A stretch of DNA of 54,172 nucleotides from NCBI RefSeq assembly GCF_001194135.2, contig NC_068991.1, positions 4,947,504 through 5,001,675 of the forward strand, read 5' to 3'. Numbering within the stretch: the stretch's first letter is position 1; each line of letters starts with the position of its first letter. A program made the position numbers and the translations under genes. The stretch is from Octopus bimaculoides. Lineage: Eukaryota. Below, in pieces: positions 1-13,691 of the stretch. Under the pieces are notes generated by a model that saw only the letters and a list, made by a program, of their open reading frames with translations, did no database searches and had not been told where the DNA came from.

Positions 1-240
1 TATATATATATATATATATATGTATACATATATATGTGTGTGTGTGTACGTGTGTGTGTATGTATATATATGTATATATATATACATATATATATATATG
101 TATGTATGTATGTATATGTATATATATGTATATATGTATAGATATATGTATATAAATTTATGCGTATATATATGTGTGTGTGTGTGTCTGTCGATATGTA
201 TGTATGTATGTATGTATGTATGGATGTATGTGTATATATA
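1..240. repeat. Compound (TA)n/(TG)n/(TATG)n microsatellite
   Basis: Directly visible di- and tetranucleotide repeats; source of ORF 20..379. Confidence 0.97.
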
Positions 241-579
241 TTTCACATATATTGAACAGTTTGGTACTTTCAAACTAAAAACCGGAAATAAATTTCCTGG
301 ACGTTACCATCTTATTCTTGATTTTTACATTGCGAAAAGAATAAATCCATTGAGGATTTCTGCGCTGAACAGTCCATAAGAAACGATTATCCCAACCCCA
401 CTTTACAGTAAGACGGACCGAATGAAATATCTATGTTAATGTTTCATCTTTGAAAGGTTGTGATATCACCGCTGAAATCTATCGACTGCGTTTTTGGTAT
501 AACAAAAATATCATTAGTCTTTAACTTGTTTCAGACATTTTAATGCGGGCAAAAGATTGTCCAACACACATCTCGAAAC

Positions 580-740
580 TGGGTGGCGTAGAGCTTAGTG
601 CATTGCACCCACTATCGTGAGATTATCATTTCGATTCTCACCCCAGGTGAAACGTTGTTTCTTCTGCGAAACACTTCATCTTTATGCATGTCCAGTTCAT
701 TCTGCTATAAATCTGTAATTCTGCAAAGGACCAATATCCT
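580..740 (+). mobile_element. SINE family C, degenerate copy
   Basis: GGTGGCGTAGAGCTTAGTG...TTTCGATTCTC...ACACTTCATCTTT...TCCAGTTCATTCTGCT is a decayed match to the 36277 copy. Confidence 0.5.
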
Positions 741-2477
741 TATCAGGGAGAAAGGGCATCTTGTGATGCCCGTCACCAATGCGCCATGGAAGCCTGTTGA
801 CGAGGCTGAGTCACAAGACTCGTGACAGTTCCTACTTTTCCTCATCTCAGAATTCAAGGAAACCGAGCGCAGATTACAACGCTTAGCAACCCATATTCTA
901 TCAACTTCGTTAAATTAACGCCCTCGTCTTTGTACCACTACTTAATTGTAACATCCACTGATCGATGAAATGTGTTAAACTTGATAAAATCTGAATTCAG
1001 AATGCAACGAGCCAGATATTTACCTGAAAGAACATTCAAATCTCGCTCCTATTGCAATTTGCTATCTTAAATGAAAGAAAAGAATGCGTTGAATAACAAT
1101 CTCAGTCCCATTCGCCTGGAAACAAAATTGAATTGCTAAAACAGTGATTGCTTTAATAACATGTCTGTTCATACGACAGCTAATCTGGTGCCAAACAAAC
1201 GGGGTTTCGTCGACATTACTGCATGTGTTCTATTAACGCTTATTAACCCCGGTTATTTATCTAATTTGTAGATCATACCAAGTGAACTAACATTAAAATA
1301 ATTTCTTAATATGAAACTGGCGAGCCAGTTCCATATCAAAAACTAATTTGGTTCGGAATTCTGATGTAGCAGTAACTTATTTATTTGGTTATTGTTGCGT
1401 TTATTTTTTTCATTTGTAAACTGTATTTTGTTTTTATTTCTTTTTACTTCATTGTGCGTTCGTTTGCTTTTTGGCTTTGCCACTTTCTAAGTGATAATTA
1501 TTGAATTGGGTGAGAAACAAGAATTACTGACGTAATCACAGCAAATAACACGAAGTATTGATGACAAATCGAAAACGAAAAATGATGCGTGCGTTTGTGT
1601 GTCTACTTGTGAGAGAGAATGCGACAGATAGGGGGAGCGACGGTATGTGTGTGAAGGGGCTTGTAAGACTGTGTGCACACATCACTGCTAGTGCGCATGT
1701 GTAAGGGTATACATGTGGGTGTGCGTGCGAATGTCATTAGCTTACACACTTATAATTATTCATTTCACTGTTTCTTCACAAACAATAATTGTTATTTCTA
1801 ATTTGAGCACGAAACCACAAGGGTATACCCGGTTTAATCGACACAACTTCTTGGTGTGTAATTATACTCTGGATCCAGGAGGAGGTGAAATGCCAGACAG
1901 ATCCCGGTAGGACTTGAACTCAGGAAGTAAAGGATCGTAAATAATTATCGTATTTGAAATATTGTTTTCTTTTTTTTTTTTTTTCTTTGTACTACATCTA
2001 TTTAACGAGGCCCTCTTGAAACAGTGTCTGTATAGGCGTGTGTATTTGTAAGAAGTAATGAGTCGATCGATCACCGTCGTTCGACAAGAAATGCTCATGT
2101 CCTCGATTAAATGAATTACCTTCCCCTGAATGAATGCGCTAAAGGACCGAGCGTAAAAACACGTCAAAAGTCTACACAATTCTCAAGTAGAATCAGCGCA
2201 ACATGTGTGTGTATATCTATGTGTGTGTGTGTTTGTCTATCTGTCTGTCTGAATCCATATATGGAGCCCCATGTTAGTATCGAAGGGGCGAATCCTCTCA
2301 AGTTTGAGAATTTTTTATTCTCTCCTGGAAGAATGCATTAATTATTCAAGCCTGGTTGTGTTTGTAGACAGTTGAAAAGAATACTTAAAAAAAAAAAATT
2401 GAATGATAACATTTTAGTTGCGGGTGGGTTGCTCCTTAATCTCCTGGCAACCAATATTTTTAGACGCAGTCCAACAC

Positions 2478-2515
<38 letters not shown>

Positions 2516-4077
2516 CGCATGTGTGTCCGTGTGTGCGGCAAGGTTATCCCTGTGGTAACTTTTCTGGCTATGGTTTATTGTCTGGAGTCATGTTTCTTGA
2601 TAATTCATGTAAGGATGGAGTCGGTGGTGGGAAATTCAATGCGATACAGTTATTCGATAAATGACATATTAAATTTTAAATATTGACATTGTTTAAAGGA
2701 ACGAGCTGTTCGACATTGCCTAACCAATTTACTGTTATATCAACTGGTCCATTTAACTGTTCCACATTGTCTAATTACACACCCTAATAGAGACTGACCG
2801 CCCTCTTCTTGGATGATTATTCCAAGTACTATCTAGTGAAGCAAGTTTTCAGTAAAATAGTTTCTTTATCCATCGCGCGATTTCATATCCCAAACTGGAT
2901 GCTGGGTAATTTCGGCGAAGTTCTTTCCATTGCGAGCATTCAAAGCAAATCTGCAGAATATTGATAATTTTATTCTACCAGAAACGGACAGCCTTGAAAG
3001 GTTCCTGGTCTCTGCCTTTTATTCTCTGAATGAGCTATAAAACCAATTAAATTATAGACCCACGGTTTCATAACTGAACATCTAGTCCTGTTCGCATTCT
3101 ATTAAACATCAAGATAGACAGAGAAATATTCCAAGCAATTTTCAGAAAGAAATATGATACCATCCTATATAAATTCTAAAATCTCTTTCTATTTGTTTGA
3201 ATTTTACTTCGTTCTGAAAATGCGATATTAAATACGTGGTATATTATTACAGAAAATAAACACTTTGAAAATAGAACAGAAGACTATGTTGTTAAAGTAA
3301 GACAGAAATAGACAGAGACAGAAACAATTACGCCGCTCCAAATGGAACAAATCGGTTCTTCCATACGATTTAAGAATATATCTTGTATTGATAAATACAA
3401 CATAAGCAATGAGCAAACATGGCTGCAAGCATTCGAATTCTTCAAACAAAGAATATTCATATTACAATAATTAATTGTAAGTTTTGGTTATTTGAAAGTT
3501 ACTGTTTTAAAAATAAATTAATAACATAGTATGGAAGGAAACAGAACAATGATGAAATACACGCAAATGTGTAACAGCATCAGGATGGTATTTCGACGTG
3601 GTTGATTGATATGTTATAACTAACAGTAGGATTGCACTCAAATCGTATCGCTCGAGTTTCATAACGGAGTGTGAGTGTGACATTGTATTACGTAGCCCTT
3701 AAAACATCTAAAACGGCGAACTGCCACGTGTGCAGTTAATCTATTAGGTGACTTCTCAGTCAGCATTGACCTTAGGTTAACCAACAATGATAACAACAAT
3801 AAACTAATGGAGACCTTGAATCTTTCAAGAAGAATATTATTGAAAACTAGAAAATAGTATTGGAGGATGAGTGACTAGAGAATATTTAAGGAGTGTAATA
3901 TAATTTTACTAATAAATTAGCTTAGATTTTTCAACAATGAAAGTTTAAAGCCAAACCAGAGAATAAAATGGATATATAGGCGGAGATATGGTTGTGTAAT
4001 TCATGAAGGAGCCCTTAGTGAAGTCACATAAGTAACAGCTATCCTTAAGGGAACAGTGAGATCTAGCTATATCAAGA

Positions 4078-4123
<46 letters not shown>

Positions 4124-4419
4124 GTCAGACAGACAGAAATGCATTGTCAGTCAGTTATGTTGTACTTCCTTCGTTATAGCTTTTCTCAAGCGACGCTGTG
4201 AAGCAACAAACACGTACATATATTTATGACGAGCTTCAGTATTGTTTCCTAACTACCAGATTCACTTAGAAAGTATTGACTGGACTTTGCAAGCATCTTG
4301 TTGGTTATGTTTCATTCTATAGTATGAAATTAAAAGCTGGATCTAGTTGGTCGACTCATAGAATTGATTACCTGGTTTCTATGACATAAAAGGGGGCTGA
4401 GATCACATTTTCCCTAAAC

Positions 4420-4583
4420 GGGACGCTATTCAATAACAGACTTATCCGTTTAGAGCTAAGGAGACTGGTGCGACGGGAAATGAAGCGTTTTTCTCAAGAG
4501 CACAATGAACCATGCCACTCGTAATCTCGAAACCGTAATCTCGCGATCATCAGTTCAGCTCACTGATCACTAACTTACGCACC
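4420..4583 (-). mobile_element. SINE family C, degenerate copy
   Basis: GAAATGAAGCGTTTTTCTCAAGAGCACAA...CGAAACCGTAATCTCGCGATCAT matches the reverse-strand family C body and head seen at 9235 and 28345. Confidence 0.7.
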
Positions 4584-5107
4584 ATCACTCATTCTACAGA
4601 ATATTCTGAGGTCATCCTCAAAACCATCATTCTGATTATTGTTGTACTTCGGGTGGATCACACTGCTAATATAAACACACACAGTGCTAATGCTCCATTT
4701 TAGTTTTATAACCAGTCAATTAACCAATTTGTCAATTGATCAATTGCTTAATCGATTAGTCTGTCAAAGTCCTTTCGTTACAGTCAGTGACCTTATCAAT
4801 AGTTATTTGCCATATAAGCAAATCTTTCACCTCAGCACCTTTTCATGTTTACTCGCCTCGCAGATCTTGTGGCAAGGTTCTTCTTATATCTTCTATTCAT
4901 AAAATAGCCATAACGTATAATTTATTATTTAATGTGAATGTTCTTTGTTTGAAGAATTTCTATAATTGAAGTCGTCTTTGTTGATTGCTTATGTTGTATT
5001 AACTCATAAAAGATGTCTAGTTAAATATTAAATATTATAGAAGAGGCGACAATGAGTATAGAAGGCAAAAAGTTCAGTACTTCAGGAAATCTAGTTATAG
5101 GAACAGG

Positions 5108-5262
5108 AATAGTTTTGTGGTTAGAAAGCTCGCTTCGTAACTAGGTGATACCGTTTCAATTCCACTGTGCAATATCTTGCACAAGGGTCTTCGACTATAA
5201 CCACAGTCCAACCTATAGTTTCTGAATTAACCTGGTAGAAGGAAACTGTGCGGAAGCTCGTC

Positions 5263-5300
<38 letters not shown>

Positions 5301-5520
5301 GTATGCGTGTGCAAGGTGGTCTCTGCCGCCCTACACCATAGCTTGACAATCGGTGTTGGCTTATTTGCTTTACCATAGTTTAGCAGTTCGGCAAAGATAA
5401 TTGAAAGATAAGTGTCAGGTTTTTAAAAATGACTACTAGGGTTTGTTTGTTTCTTCCACTAAACCTTTCAAGGCAGTGCCTCAGCATGGCCGCAGTCTAA
5501 TAACCGAAACAAGTGAAAGG
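5108..5520 (+). mobile_element. SINE family B with internal (TA)n, diverged
   Basis: Decayed tRNA-like head, TGGTAGAAGGAAACTG module, internal (TA)n, then GCTTGACAATCGGTGTTGG...CAGCATGGCCGCAGTC...GAAACAAGTGAAAG tail; collinear with the 47520 copy. Confidence 0.8.
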
Positions 5521-5983
5521 TAGGAGGTCCACATAAGAATCTCCACCTATGTCATTATGTTATGAAGTCATAACCCAGCTTAACAGCAGCGCTGTAAAGA
5601 CTGAAACTGCAGTACAGAGTAGTTATTCTAATATTAATGTGAAAACTTCAACGTTTTACACAGATGTAGTTATTGAACGGAAAGCGACATGTCTTATAAG
5701 AAATGTGTCCGGATACGTATTTATAATTAGCAAAACTTTTATGGTATATGGTCGCTATTGTAAAAACAGATAGAGAACCTTCTTGTAAGCATGAATATAA
5801 GCACGTTCTCGAAAATAACAAGAGAGAAATTTGATGGTCATTAAGTGTTGCTAGAACCTTATCGCAAAATATTTTTAACAAGGTATATCTCTCTCTGCAC
5901 GCTTTTCAAAATATATCATGTTGCTTGTAACTTAAGAAATGTGATTGCAGAATGTGTCTCATAAATAATTAATAATGGTATTA

Positions 5984-6052
<69 letters not shown>
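5984..6052. repeat. (TTA)n array at the 3' end of a Dong/R4-like LINE
   Basis: Pure TTA repeat abutting the 3' UTR of the minus-strand RLE fragment. Confidence 0.95.
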
Positions 6053-6410
6053 GCCATTGCACAGCTTCTAACGCTGGAGAAGTCCTAGTGTCAGCTGTTC
6101 ACTACCAGTGGACCAAGGTAACACCTCTTATTTTTCAAGCACCTTCCAGAGTATTCGAGCGGTTCCAAGCAGTGCTATTTTCTGCAAGTGCTCCACCCTC
6201 ATTACAGCCCCTATTTGCTCCACGTACCTCTCGAGATTTTGCTCACTGCTCCCAGAGCTCCGACAATTCTTTGTACTACTACCACCTTTTTTCATCGACC
6301 ACAATTGCTTAACTCCCCAAGCTAACCTGTCATATCTCTCGACTTTTCTTTCTTCCTTATCGCATACCTTGTTGTCAGCTGGGCATGTTATATTATGATC
6401 CAGCATATTG
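6053..6410 (-). mobile_element. Dong/R4-clade non-LTR retrotransposon 3' end (RLE C-terminus plus 3' UTR), 5'-truncated
   Basis: With frameshifts it reads CWII(D)ITCPADNKVCDKEERKVERYDRLAWGVKQLWSMKKVVVVxxIVGALGAVSKNLERYVEQIG...LQKIALLGTARILWKVLEK*, the typical R4/Dong C-terminus, followed by a (TAA)n tail. Confidence 0.88.
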
Positions 6411-6423
6411 TCATTATTATTAT

Positions 6424-6740
6424 CCTTTGCTCATTGAATCACAGGCAATAACAATCATTGACACAAAATATACATCTTTTGACCACAGTGTTTTTGATGT
6501 CTCTCTTCAGAGCTTCATATGTTATCACTTTTGCTCCTTTATTGATATTTCCATTGTCATCGGGGCCAGCATCGTTTATGATCAGGCACAATTTTTCTCT
6601 CTTGTCTACCAGCATAATTATGGATTTCTGATCTTCGATTTTACTACCATATTTACTCTGTATTTTTCTATGCTACGCTTTGGCAAATGTTCATACCATT
6701 TTCTCGCCTTTTCCGTCTAGACTTGCGACATAATCCCCAT
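6424..6740 (-). mobile_element. Older Dong/R4-like RLE fragment
   Basis: WGLCRK...KARKWYEHLP...IMLVDKREKLCLIINDAGPDD...YEALKRDIK-LWS...; the KWYEHxP motif is characteristic of R4/Dong RLE domains; several frameshifts. Confidence 0.75.
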
Positions 6741-6946
<206 letters not shown>

Positions 6947-7639
6947 NNNNNNNNNNNNNNNNNNNNNNNNNNNNNNNNNNNNNNNNNNNNNNNNNNNNNN
7001 NNNNNNNNNNNNNNNNNNNNNNNNNNNNNNNNNNNNNNNNNNNNNNNNNNNNNNNNNNNNNNNNNNNNNNNNNNNNNNNNNNNNNNNNNNNNNNNNNNNN
7101 NNNNNNNNNNNNNNNNNNNNNNNNNNNNNNNNNNNNNNNNNNNNNNNNNNNNNNNNNNNNNNNNNNNNNNNNNNNNNNNNNNNNNNNNNNNNNNNNNNNN
7201 NNNNNNNNNNNNNNNNNNNNNNNNNNNNNNNNNNNNNNNNNNNNNNNNNNNNNNNNNNNNNNNNNNNNNNNNNNNNNNNNNNNNNNNNNNNNNNNNNNNN
7301 NNNNNNNNNNNNNNNNNNNNNNNNNNNNNNNNNNNNNNNNNNNNNNNNNNNNNNNNNNNNNNNNNNNNNNNNNNNNNNNNNNNNNNNNNNNNNNNNNNNN
7401 NNNNNNNNNNNNNNNNNNNNNNNNNNNNNNNNNNNNNNNNNNNNNNNNNNNNNNNNNNNNNNNNNNNNNNNNNNNNNNNNNNNNNNNNNNNNNNNNNNNN
7501 NNNNNNNNNNNNNNNNNNNNNNNNNNNNNNNNNNNNNNNNNNNNNNNNNNNNNNNNNNNNNNNNNNNNNNNNNNNNNNNNNNNNNNNNNNNNNNNNNNNN
7601 NNNNNNNNNNNNNNNNNNNNNNNNNNNNNNNNNNNNNNN
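6947..7639. other. Assembly gap (693 N)
   Basis: Run of N. Other gaps: 10223-10358, 21327-21975, 25619-26274, 29865-30368, 36976-37156, 41685-41733, 43338-43436, 49252-49842. Confidence 1.
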
Positions 7640-7792
7640 TCTATATATACACGCACAACAAATTCAGGAGCCCTCTTCTTATCAGAACGATTAGAGTGAG
7701 TATTCCGAGCTGCCCTACCTTCGTAATCGCCATTAGACTCATCCAAATCTTTCTGAATCCTTAGCTCTGTCACCCAAATACTCTGAAATGTT

Positions 7793-8194
7793 CAGTTTCT
7801 TTATTTCCCACAAGGGGCTAAACATAGAGAGGACAAGCAAAGGGGTTAAGTCGATTACATCGACCCAGTGCGTAACTGGTACTTAATTTATCGACCCCGA
7901 AAGGATGAAAGGCAAAGTCGACCTCGGCGGAGTTTGAACTCAGAACGTAACGACAGACGAAATACCTATTTCGTTATTGCCCACAAGGGGCTAAACATAG
8001 AGGGAACAAACAAGAACAGACGAACGGATTAAGTCGATTACATCGACCCCAGTGCGTAACTGGTACTTAATTTATCGACCCCGAAAGGATGAAAGGCAAA
8101 GTCGACCTCGGCGGAATTTGAACTCAGAACGTAACGGCAGACGAAATACCGCTAGGCATTTCGCCCGTTATGCTGACGTTTCTGCCAGCTCGCC
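7793..8194 (-). mobile_element. SINE family A head-to-tail dimer (full plus 5'-truncated monomer) with 14-bp TSD
   Basis: Head GGCGAGCTGGCAGAAACG...GAGTTCAAATTCCGCC (A/B-box-like), body GTCGACTTTGCCTTTCATCCTTTCGGGGTCGATAAATTAAGTACCAG present twice; TACTCTGAAATGTT at 7779-7792 and 8195-8208. Confidence 0.95.
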
Positions 8195-9234
8195 TACTCT
8201 GAAATGTTGGAGTTTGTGGCTCGAATGCAAAGCAGTACAGTATGTCCTTTCCAAATCGTTGGCAGAGTAGATTACATGATGATACTGTTTGTCTCACAGT
8301 CGGTTCACTACTGATCTTACGATACTGTGTAGTCGACGAAAGCAAACCAATCAATGCGCATGCACGAAATTAAAAATATAAAATGGCGATAATTTACCCA
8401 TCGTACCTTGCACATGTATATGTACGTATACATACTCATTCGTTTTTTTTTCTCCTTATTTTGTATTTATTTGTGCTGGGGAATGTATCCGAGTTAGTTT
8501 AAGTTCTGTCATTAACGAAGGAGAATTATTTTTGTAAGGTAGAATTAAGGTTTAACAAAGTATTTTTTCTCCATATACGAAGGTGTTTCTATGAGTTTTT
8601 TCAGTAGTGTGTCCTTGGATTTTGTCTCGTTTTATTTAATTTTCTCTGTTATATATATTCTTAATCCTTGTATTTTGAATTTTTCGTGTCTTGATCAAAG
8701 TTCTAATGGGGAAGTTGTTTTTCTTTTTTTTTTTTTTTCAAGAGAGCAGCTTGAATTCCGACGTCATTAAAATTGAAACGTTTATTTGGCTTAGATAATT
8801 TATAGACGCAGAAGATCAGAGAATTAAACCAAACCTAGTGGAGGACATTAATATCACCAATTACTTCTTGCTCAGGTTTGAGAATTTGATAACAGAAAAC
8901 ATATAATTTCCTTTCGGAATATATAATTCATCGGAAAGCTATACAGCAGAAGAAAATTCCAGAAACAACATATGTAGTTTGTTGGAGAACTTTCGCTAAT
9001 AAATAAAATGATCACACTTTGTAAAGCGGAATGGTGCTTCTCTGAAATATGGACACAAATCGGTTTCATCACAAGACCCGAACAATTCGCTGCCATCAAA
9101 GAATAATTCCTGGACGAAGACCTCACAGTGTTACTGTATAAGCTTCGTTGTTACCAAAAGTGGAGTGAGACATTTGTCCTCTTTCCCTATAAAGACGAAT
9201 TATAAAATAAAAAATAAACATGATACATGACAAG

Positions 9235-9456
9235 CTCATGAGAGCCGGTTTCCCGGTTTCATTGGCGTATATTTTCCTCACCAGGACGGGAAGCCGGTCC
9301 GTCGCAAGATTACTCATTTTTGCCGGCTGAGTGGACTGAAGCAACTTGAAATGAAGTTTTGGGCTCAAGAATACATTGCATTGCTCGGTTCAGTAATCGA
9401 AACCACAATCTTATGATCATGAGTCCAACGCCCTAACCACTAAGCCAGCGCCTCCA
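9235..9456 (-). mobile_element. SINE family C with alternative 3' tail
   Basis: Minus strand: GGCGCTGGCTTAGTGGTTAGGGCGTTGGACTC...GTTTCGATT...TTCTTGAGCCC...CAGTCCACTCAGCCGGCAAAAATGAGTAA, then GCGACGGACCGGCTTCCCGTCC...GAAACCGGGAAACCGG. Confidence 0.88.
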
Positions 9457-9814
9457 CTATAAATACGGATAGTAGAGTGAAAATGTTCTGAGTGTAACTA
9501 ATGCTGCATATATGGCGTGCGTTGTCGTTAGAGGAAGTGTCACTCTCTTGGAAGTAAAATATATAGTAACGAGAATTGGTACGGTTACATCAAAATCAAA
9601 AACATCTTTCTTATTTTGATCCCAATTCTAATTTCTATCCTACTAACAATATTCTCACGTTTTATCAAACGATAAGAAAAATATATAGTATACATCTATC
9701 CTTGTTTATCACTGATTCATTGATCATTGACAGATGTAACACGAGATACCCAAGGTAAACCAAGTTAAGCTAAATGTGAAATGATCTGTGTTCGTGTCAG
9801 CGGTCAGACTACGT

Positions 9815-10140
9815 ACATAGGTGATCGTGTACTACCACGATTCTCTGTTCTCTGTTTACTGTAACAATTCCACATCCTGATGTTTAATGCCTCCTTTGAA
9901 CCAGTTCGTCAAACTGGACAAACACATCATCCTTCTTTCTCTGCTTCTGTTCCTGTTAATCTTTCCGATCATCACTAAATTCTAGAGGTCATCTTCCCTC
10001 ATCACATGGCCAGGGAATCTCAGTTGCTTCACCCTTATCTCACAAAGAAGTTTCTTATGTACCACAGGTTGAGTCATCAATTCTTCACTTTATTAGACAT
10101 GTTGTTTGAACGTGCTCTCCTCAATATTCTCCTTAAGAAC
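9815..10140 (-). mobile_element. RTE/BovB-type LINE ORF C-terminal relic
   Basis: LRRILRA...EIRVKQLRFPGHVMREDDL*NLVMIGKINRNRSRERR...SLTNW...VELLQ*TENRESW matches the RTE pattern RQLKFxGHVMR...LVMxGKIxGxRxRGR. Confidence 0.82.
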
Positions 10141-10390
10141 TAAACGCAGTCACACACACATATATATACACCCAAACGCACGCGCACATACACACACACA
10201 CACATACACACACACACACACANNNNNNNNNNNNNNNNNNNNNNNNNNNNNNNNNNNNNNNNNNNNNNNNNNNNNNNNNNNNNNNNNNNNNNNNNNNNNN
10301 NNNNNNNNNNNNNNNNNNNNNNNNNNNNNNNNNNNNNNNNNNNNNNNNNNNNNNNNNNATATATATATATATATATATATATATAGTAAC

Positions 10391-10612
10391 AAGGTGGCTT
10401 AACTGATGATGGCAACGGAGGATATTGCCGAAACTGACGTAAGGTCGCAATTTTTCGGACAATTATGGTCATTGTTAGTGTATACGTTTCCATTCATATG
10501 CGTTAACTACACCATTTTAGCTCTTATTTCTAGCAATGTAGGTGTTCTTTTAACACCCTAGTCACATTTAGTGACAATTACGATTTTCTTTTCTGGTGAA
10601 ACATTGCAACCT
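10391..10612 (+). mobile_element. Unclassified repeat, probable Penelope-like terminal region, with hammerhead-like core
   Basis: CTGATGA-T-GGCAA-loop-TTGCC-GAAAC at 10403-10434; downstream 10455-10590 is clearly homologous to 32152-32392 (shared TTTAGCTCTTATTTCTAGCAATGTAGG and CCTAGTCACATTTAGT). Confidence 0.6.
10403..10446 (+). ncRNA. Minimal hammerhead-ribozyme-like motif, possibly decayed
   Basis: CUGAUGA and GAAA core boxes flank a 5-bp stem II (GGCAA/TTGCC); a 2-bp stem III (AC/GT) precedes a GUA triplet; stem I is imperfect. Confidence 0.45.
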
Positions 10613-11253
10613 GCTGTTTATATTAGTTATATATATATATATATATATATATAATGTATGGAATAGTGTAGTACATTTTTTTTTCTCTAGCACTTACCAT
10701 ACTGCTATCTTTAGGATTTTTAAATCTCTTTAGTTATGTGATACATTTTTATGCGGGTGGAATCTTTGATGTGCATTGGTGAAGAATGTTAGTCTTATCT
10801 CCCGTTCAAAGAACGTTGCTAAATAGATCATACAACTTATTTAAGTAATTCCATTTATCACACCACACACACACTCATAGAATCTTTCGATATTTTTTGG
10901 TACTTCCAAAATGTTCTGCAGATCAACCAGCATATGACACATGTCGTGACTTTACAAGTCTTTTACAGTGTACTTTATTCTTTATTTACACTCTGAATAG
11001 GCGTGTTCCATACCATATATTATTTCCCGACTAAATATATTTAATATTTCGCTAATTTTATAATATTTTTTCACGTGAGTGTTCATATATACTCTTTGCT
11101 TTAGTTTTGTGCGTTCACCCCTCACTGATACCGACAGATCTCCACAACTTTAGCAATATGCTCTATGTCTAATTTTTTTCTCAATTTCTTCTAGAAAGTT
11201 GTCTCTGGAATATTAGGATATTAATTTGCTATGGTATTTATCTTAAAATGATG

Positions 11254-11370
11254 TACGTGGTTTGATCAATAAGTATCCGGATTGTTGCCATAGTAACGAA
11301 GCTAAAGCACGCAGAGTGAAGCCGCTTGGCAGAGATTACCTTGAACCATGTGGTGCATGCGCACTAAGTT
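11254..11370 (+). mobile_element. Mariner-like terminal fragment
   Basis: TA followed by CGTGGTTTGATCAATAAGTATCCGGA, resembling mariner TIRs of the TACGAGGTxTGATCAAAAAGT type; no partner TIR seen. Confidence 0.55.
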
Positions 11371-13259
11371 TCCTCATTGGCTCTAAATTCTATTGGTACA
11401 CTTATTAAGAGGCATTAGATTTAAAAGCCTCTGTGGTTATTTAGTATCTTATTCAGTTTCAGAATTTTCCAAGTACATTTTTTTCTTCTTCATTCGCCAC
11501 TTACAACTTACTCTTGGTTATTTTCTTTGCATCAATTCTGCTGATTTCTTTATTTTTGTTCCCTTTATTTGGTTTCTGTCTCCAGTTTTTCGTTTGTTTC
11601 CAATGTTTTGGTTGATTTTCAATGAATGGAGTTCAGTGTTTGATTTTGATTCTTCATGGTTTCACTAATATTTCCACTCTTCATTTCTATGGCTTTTTCT
11701 GCAACTCTACACCAATTTCAAATGTCACCATCTTATATTCACATTTTATTTTATGCATTTATAATACCTATAAACTTACATCTGACTAGATCTAAAAACA
11801 AAATTACACTATACACATTCAGACGGTGGTACGCGTATGAGAGTTTTAGAGTTTGATGTCTGAAATTATCATCAAACAAAATCGCCGTTTGAAGTTAAAA
11901 GGGAATTAGTTTGTCGAGATTTAAAATCGTAGTCAATAAGTAGTGAGGCATATTTGTCTTTCAAACTCAACTGAGTGAAAATTTATCCCACGCTAGAGTG
12001 GCACAACGTCTGTATTTCAACTACTTAAAGTTTACTGCTAATTACGGCATTGATACCAACTGTGATATTTTTGGCGTTGCTGTATTATTGCATGACAATG
12101 TTATAAATTTCTAGCAACTGTAAGACTGCCTATACATAAGAAATATATTCTTATTATTTCTTTTAACCCATTACCTCCCATAATTCTATTAAATGGAATT
12201 TTTTTATGAAACTTTGATTTCTAGCATAAAACAGCCTTAGAAACACACTGGAATGATCAAAATAATATTTCAAAATAACATTTTAAATAGAAATAAGCGA
12301 GATATTGGGTGAAAAATTAGCAAACCTCATTTGAATATCAGAGAAATATACCTAGTAGATAAAGCAAAAAGGTTAGATATGTGTAAATATTGACAGATAA
12401 TTAGGAAATATGTAATTTCTAAGTGATCTCATATGAGATCACTGGTAGGTAATGGGTTAATATTGCATTTGATTGGTAGAGCTGCGAATAAGACATATTG
12501 TGCCATTCAGTCAGGTTGGTTAGTACCCATTACTTCAAATCACATCAGAGTCAGCTTTATTTTCCATCTACGTATGATCTATAAAATAGAGCATCAGAAG
12601 GTTACTGAGGGCGATCGTTTTATCGTTTCCTCCCTTAAAAATTTTGTCTTATCTTAGAAATCGCTATTAACTATAAGATTCCAGTGAATGTTCATAGTCG
12701 GCAGAGCGCCAGATAAAATGTCTTCCTGTATTGTGTTGTTTCTTTACGTTCTAAATTCGCTGAGCCGTTATATCACCGATCATAATGCACCACAAAGTTT
12801 CTTTCTTCCAACTCTTCATTTTAAGTTTCAAGTACCAGAGAGGTCAAATTCGCATTTTATCCTTTAAGGCCCACAACGAAAAGTACGAATCATGTGCAAG
12901 AAAATTGGACCACATGTCTTGTGGTATTTATTACGGTTCGCTGAGTTCTGAGTTCAAGCACTACGGTATCTTTCTTGGGTCATATTTTTAATCCGTCCTT
13001 TCTTTTAAAACTATCGCCTTGTACCTTGAATGTCACTAATGGAGTCTTCTCATCCTGAACAGGTTTGAAGATAATCCTTTGTCTCTCAACTGTATCTGGA
13101 CACTGCCTTCAACGCCCATCTTGGCCTAGTTTGCCTTATCGTTCTTGCAGAGCCGATAAAATAACATACCAACGAAATACTGGTGTCGGTATAAATGACG
13201 ATTTGCTCATCCAAATATTTATATATTTGTGAAAGTTAAAAACAAAAAAACTATTAACA

Positions 13260-13622
13260 TTGTCACAATTTTCTGTGATGGTCATGTCAACGGAGACTAT
13301 GTTTTCTTACTGAGATCTTGTGACAAGTCTCTTCAATATTCAATGATACTGCGTAGGATTCTAGCAGAATAGAAGATATTTTTTACTTCAACAATTCTGT
13401 CGATTTAAATCCCAATGTCTGGTTGGCTGTTCAACAGATGTCTGAATATTTTCCTCAGAGCTTATAGCTACTACAACAACAAGGACAGTTTCCATGCACA
13501 CATCTTAGACTTGTCTCAGTATCTACTCGAGATATTTTTGAATATCTTCTCTTTCTTTATGTTTGACTCAGCTATCACATGATGAAATAAAATCAATGAC
13601 CTACCGTATTCTGCATTATTGC

Positions 13623-13691
<69 letters not shown>

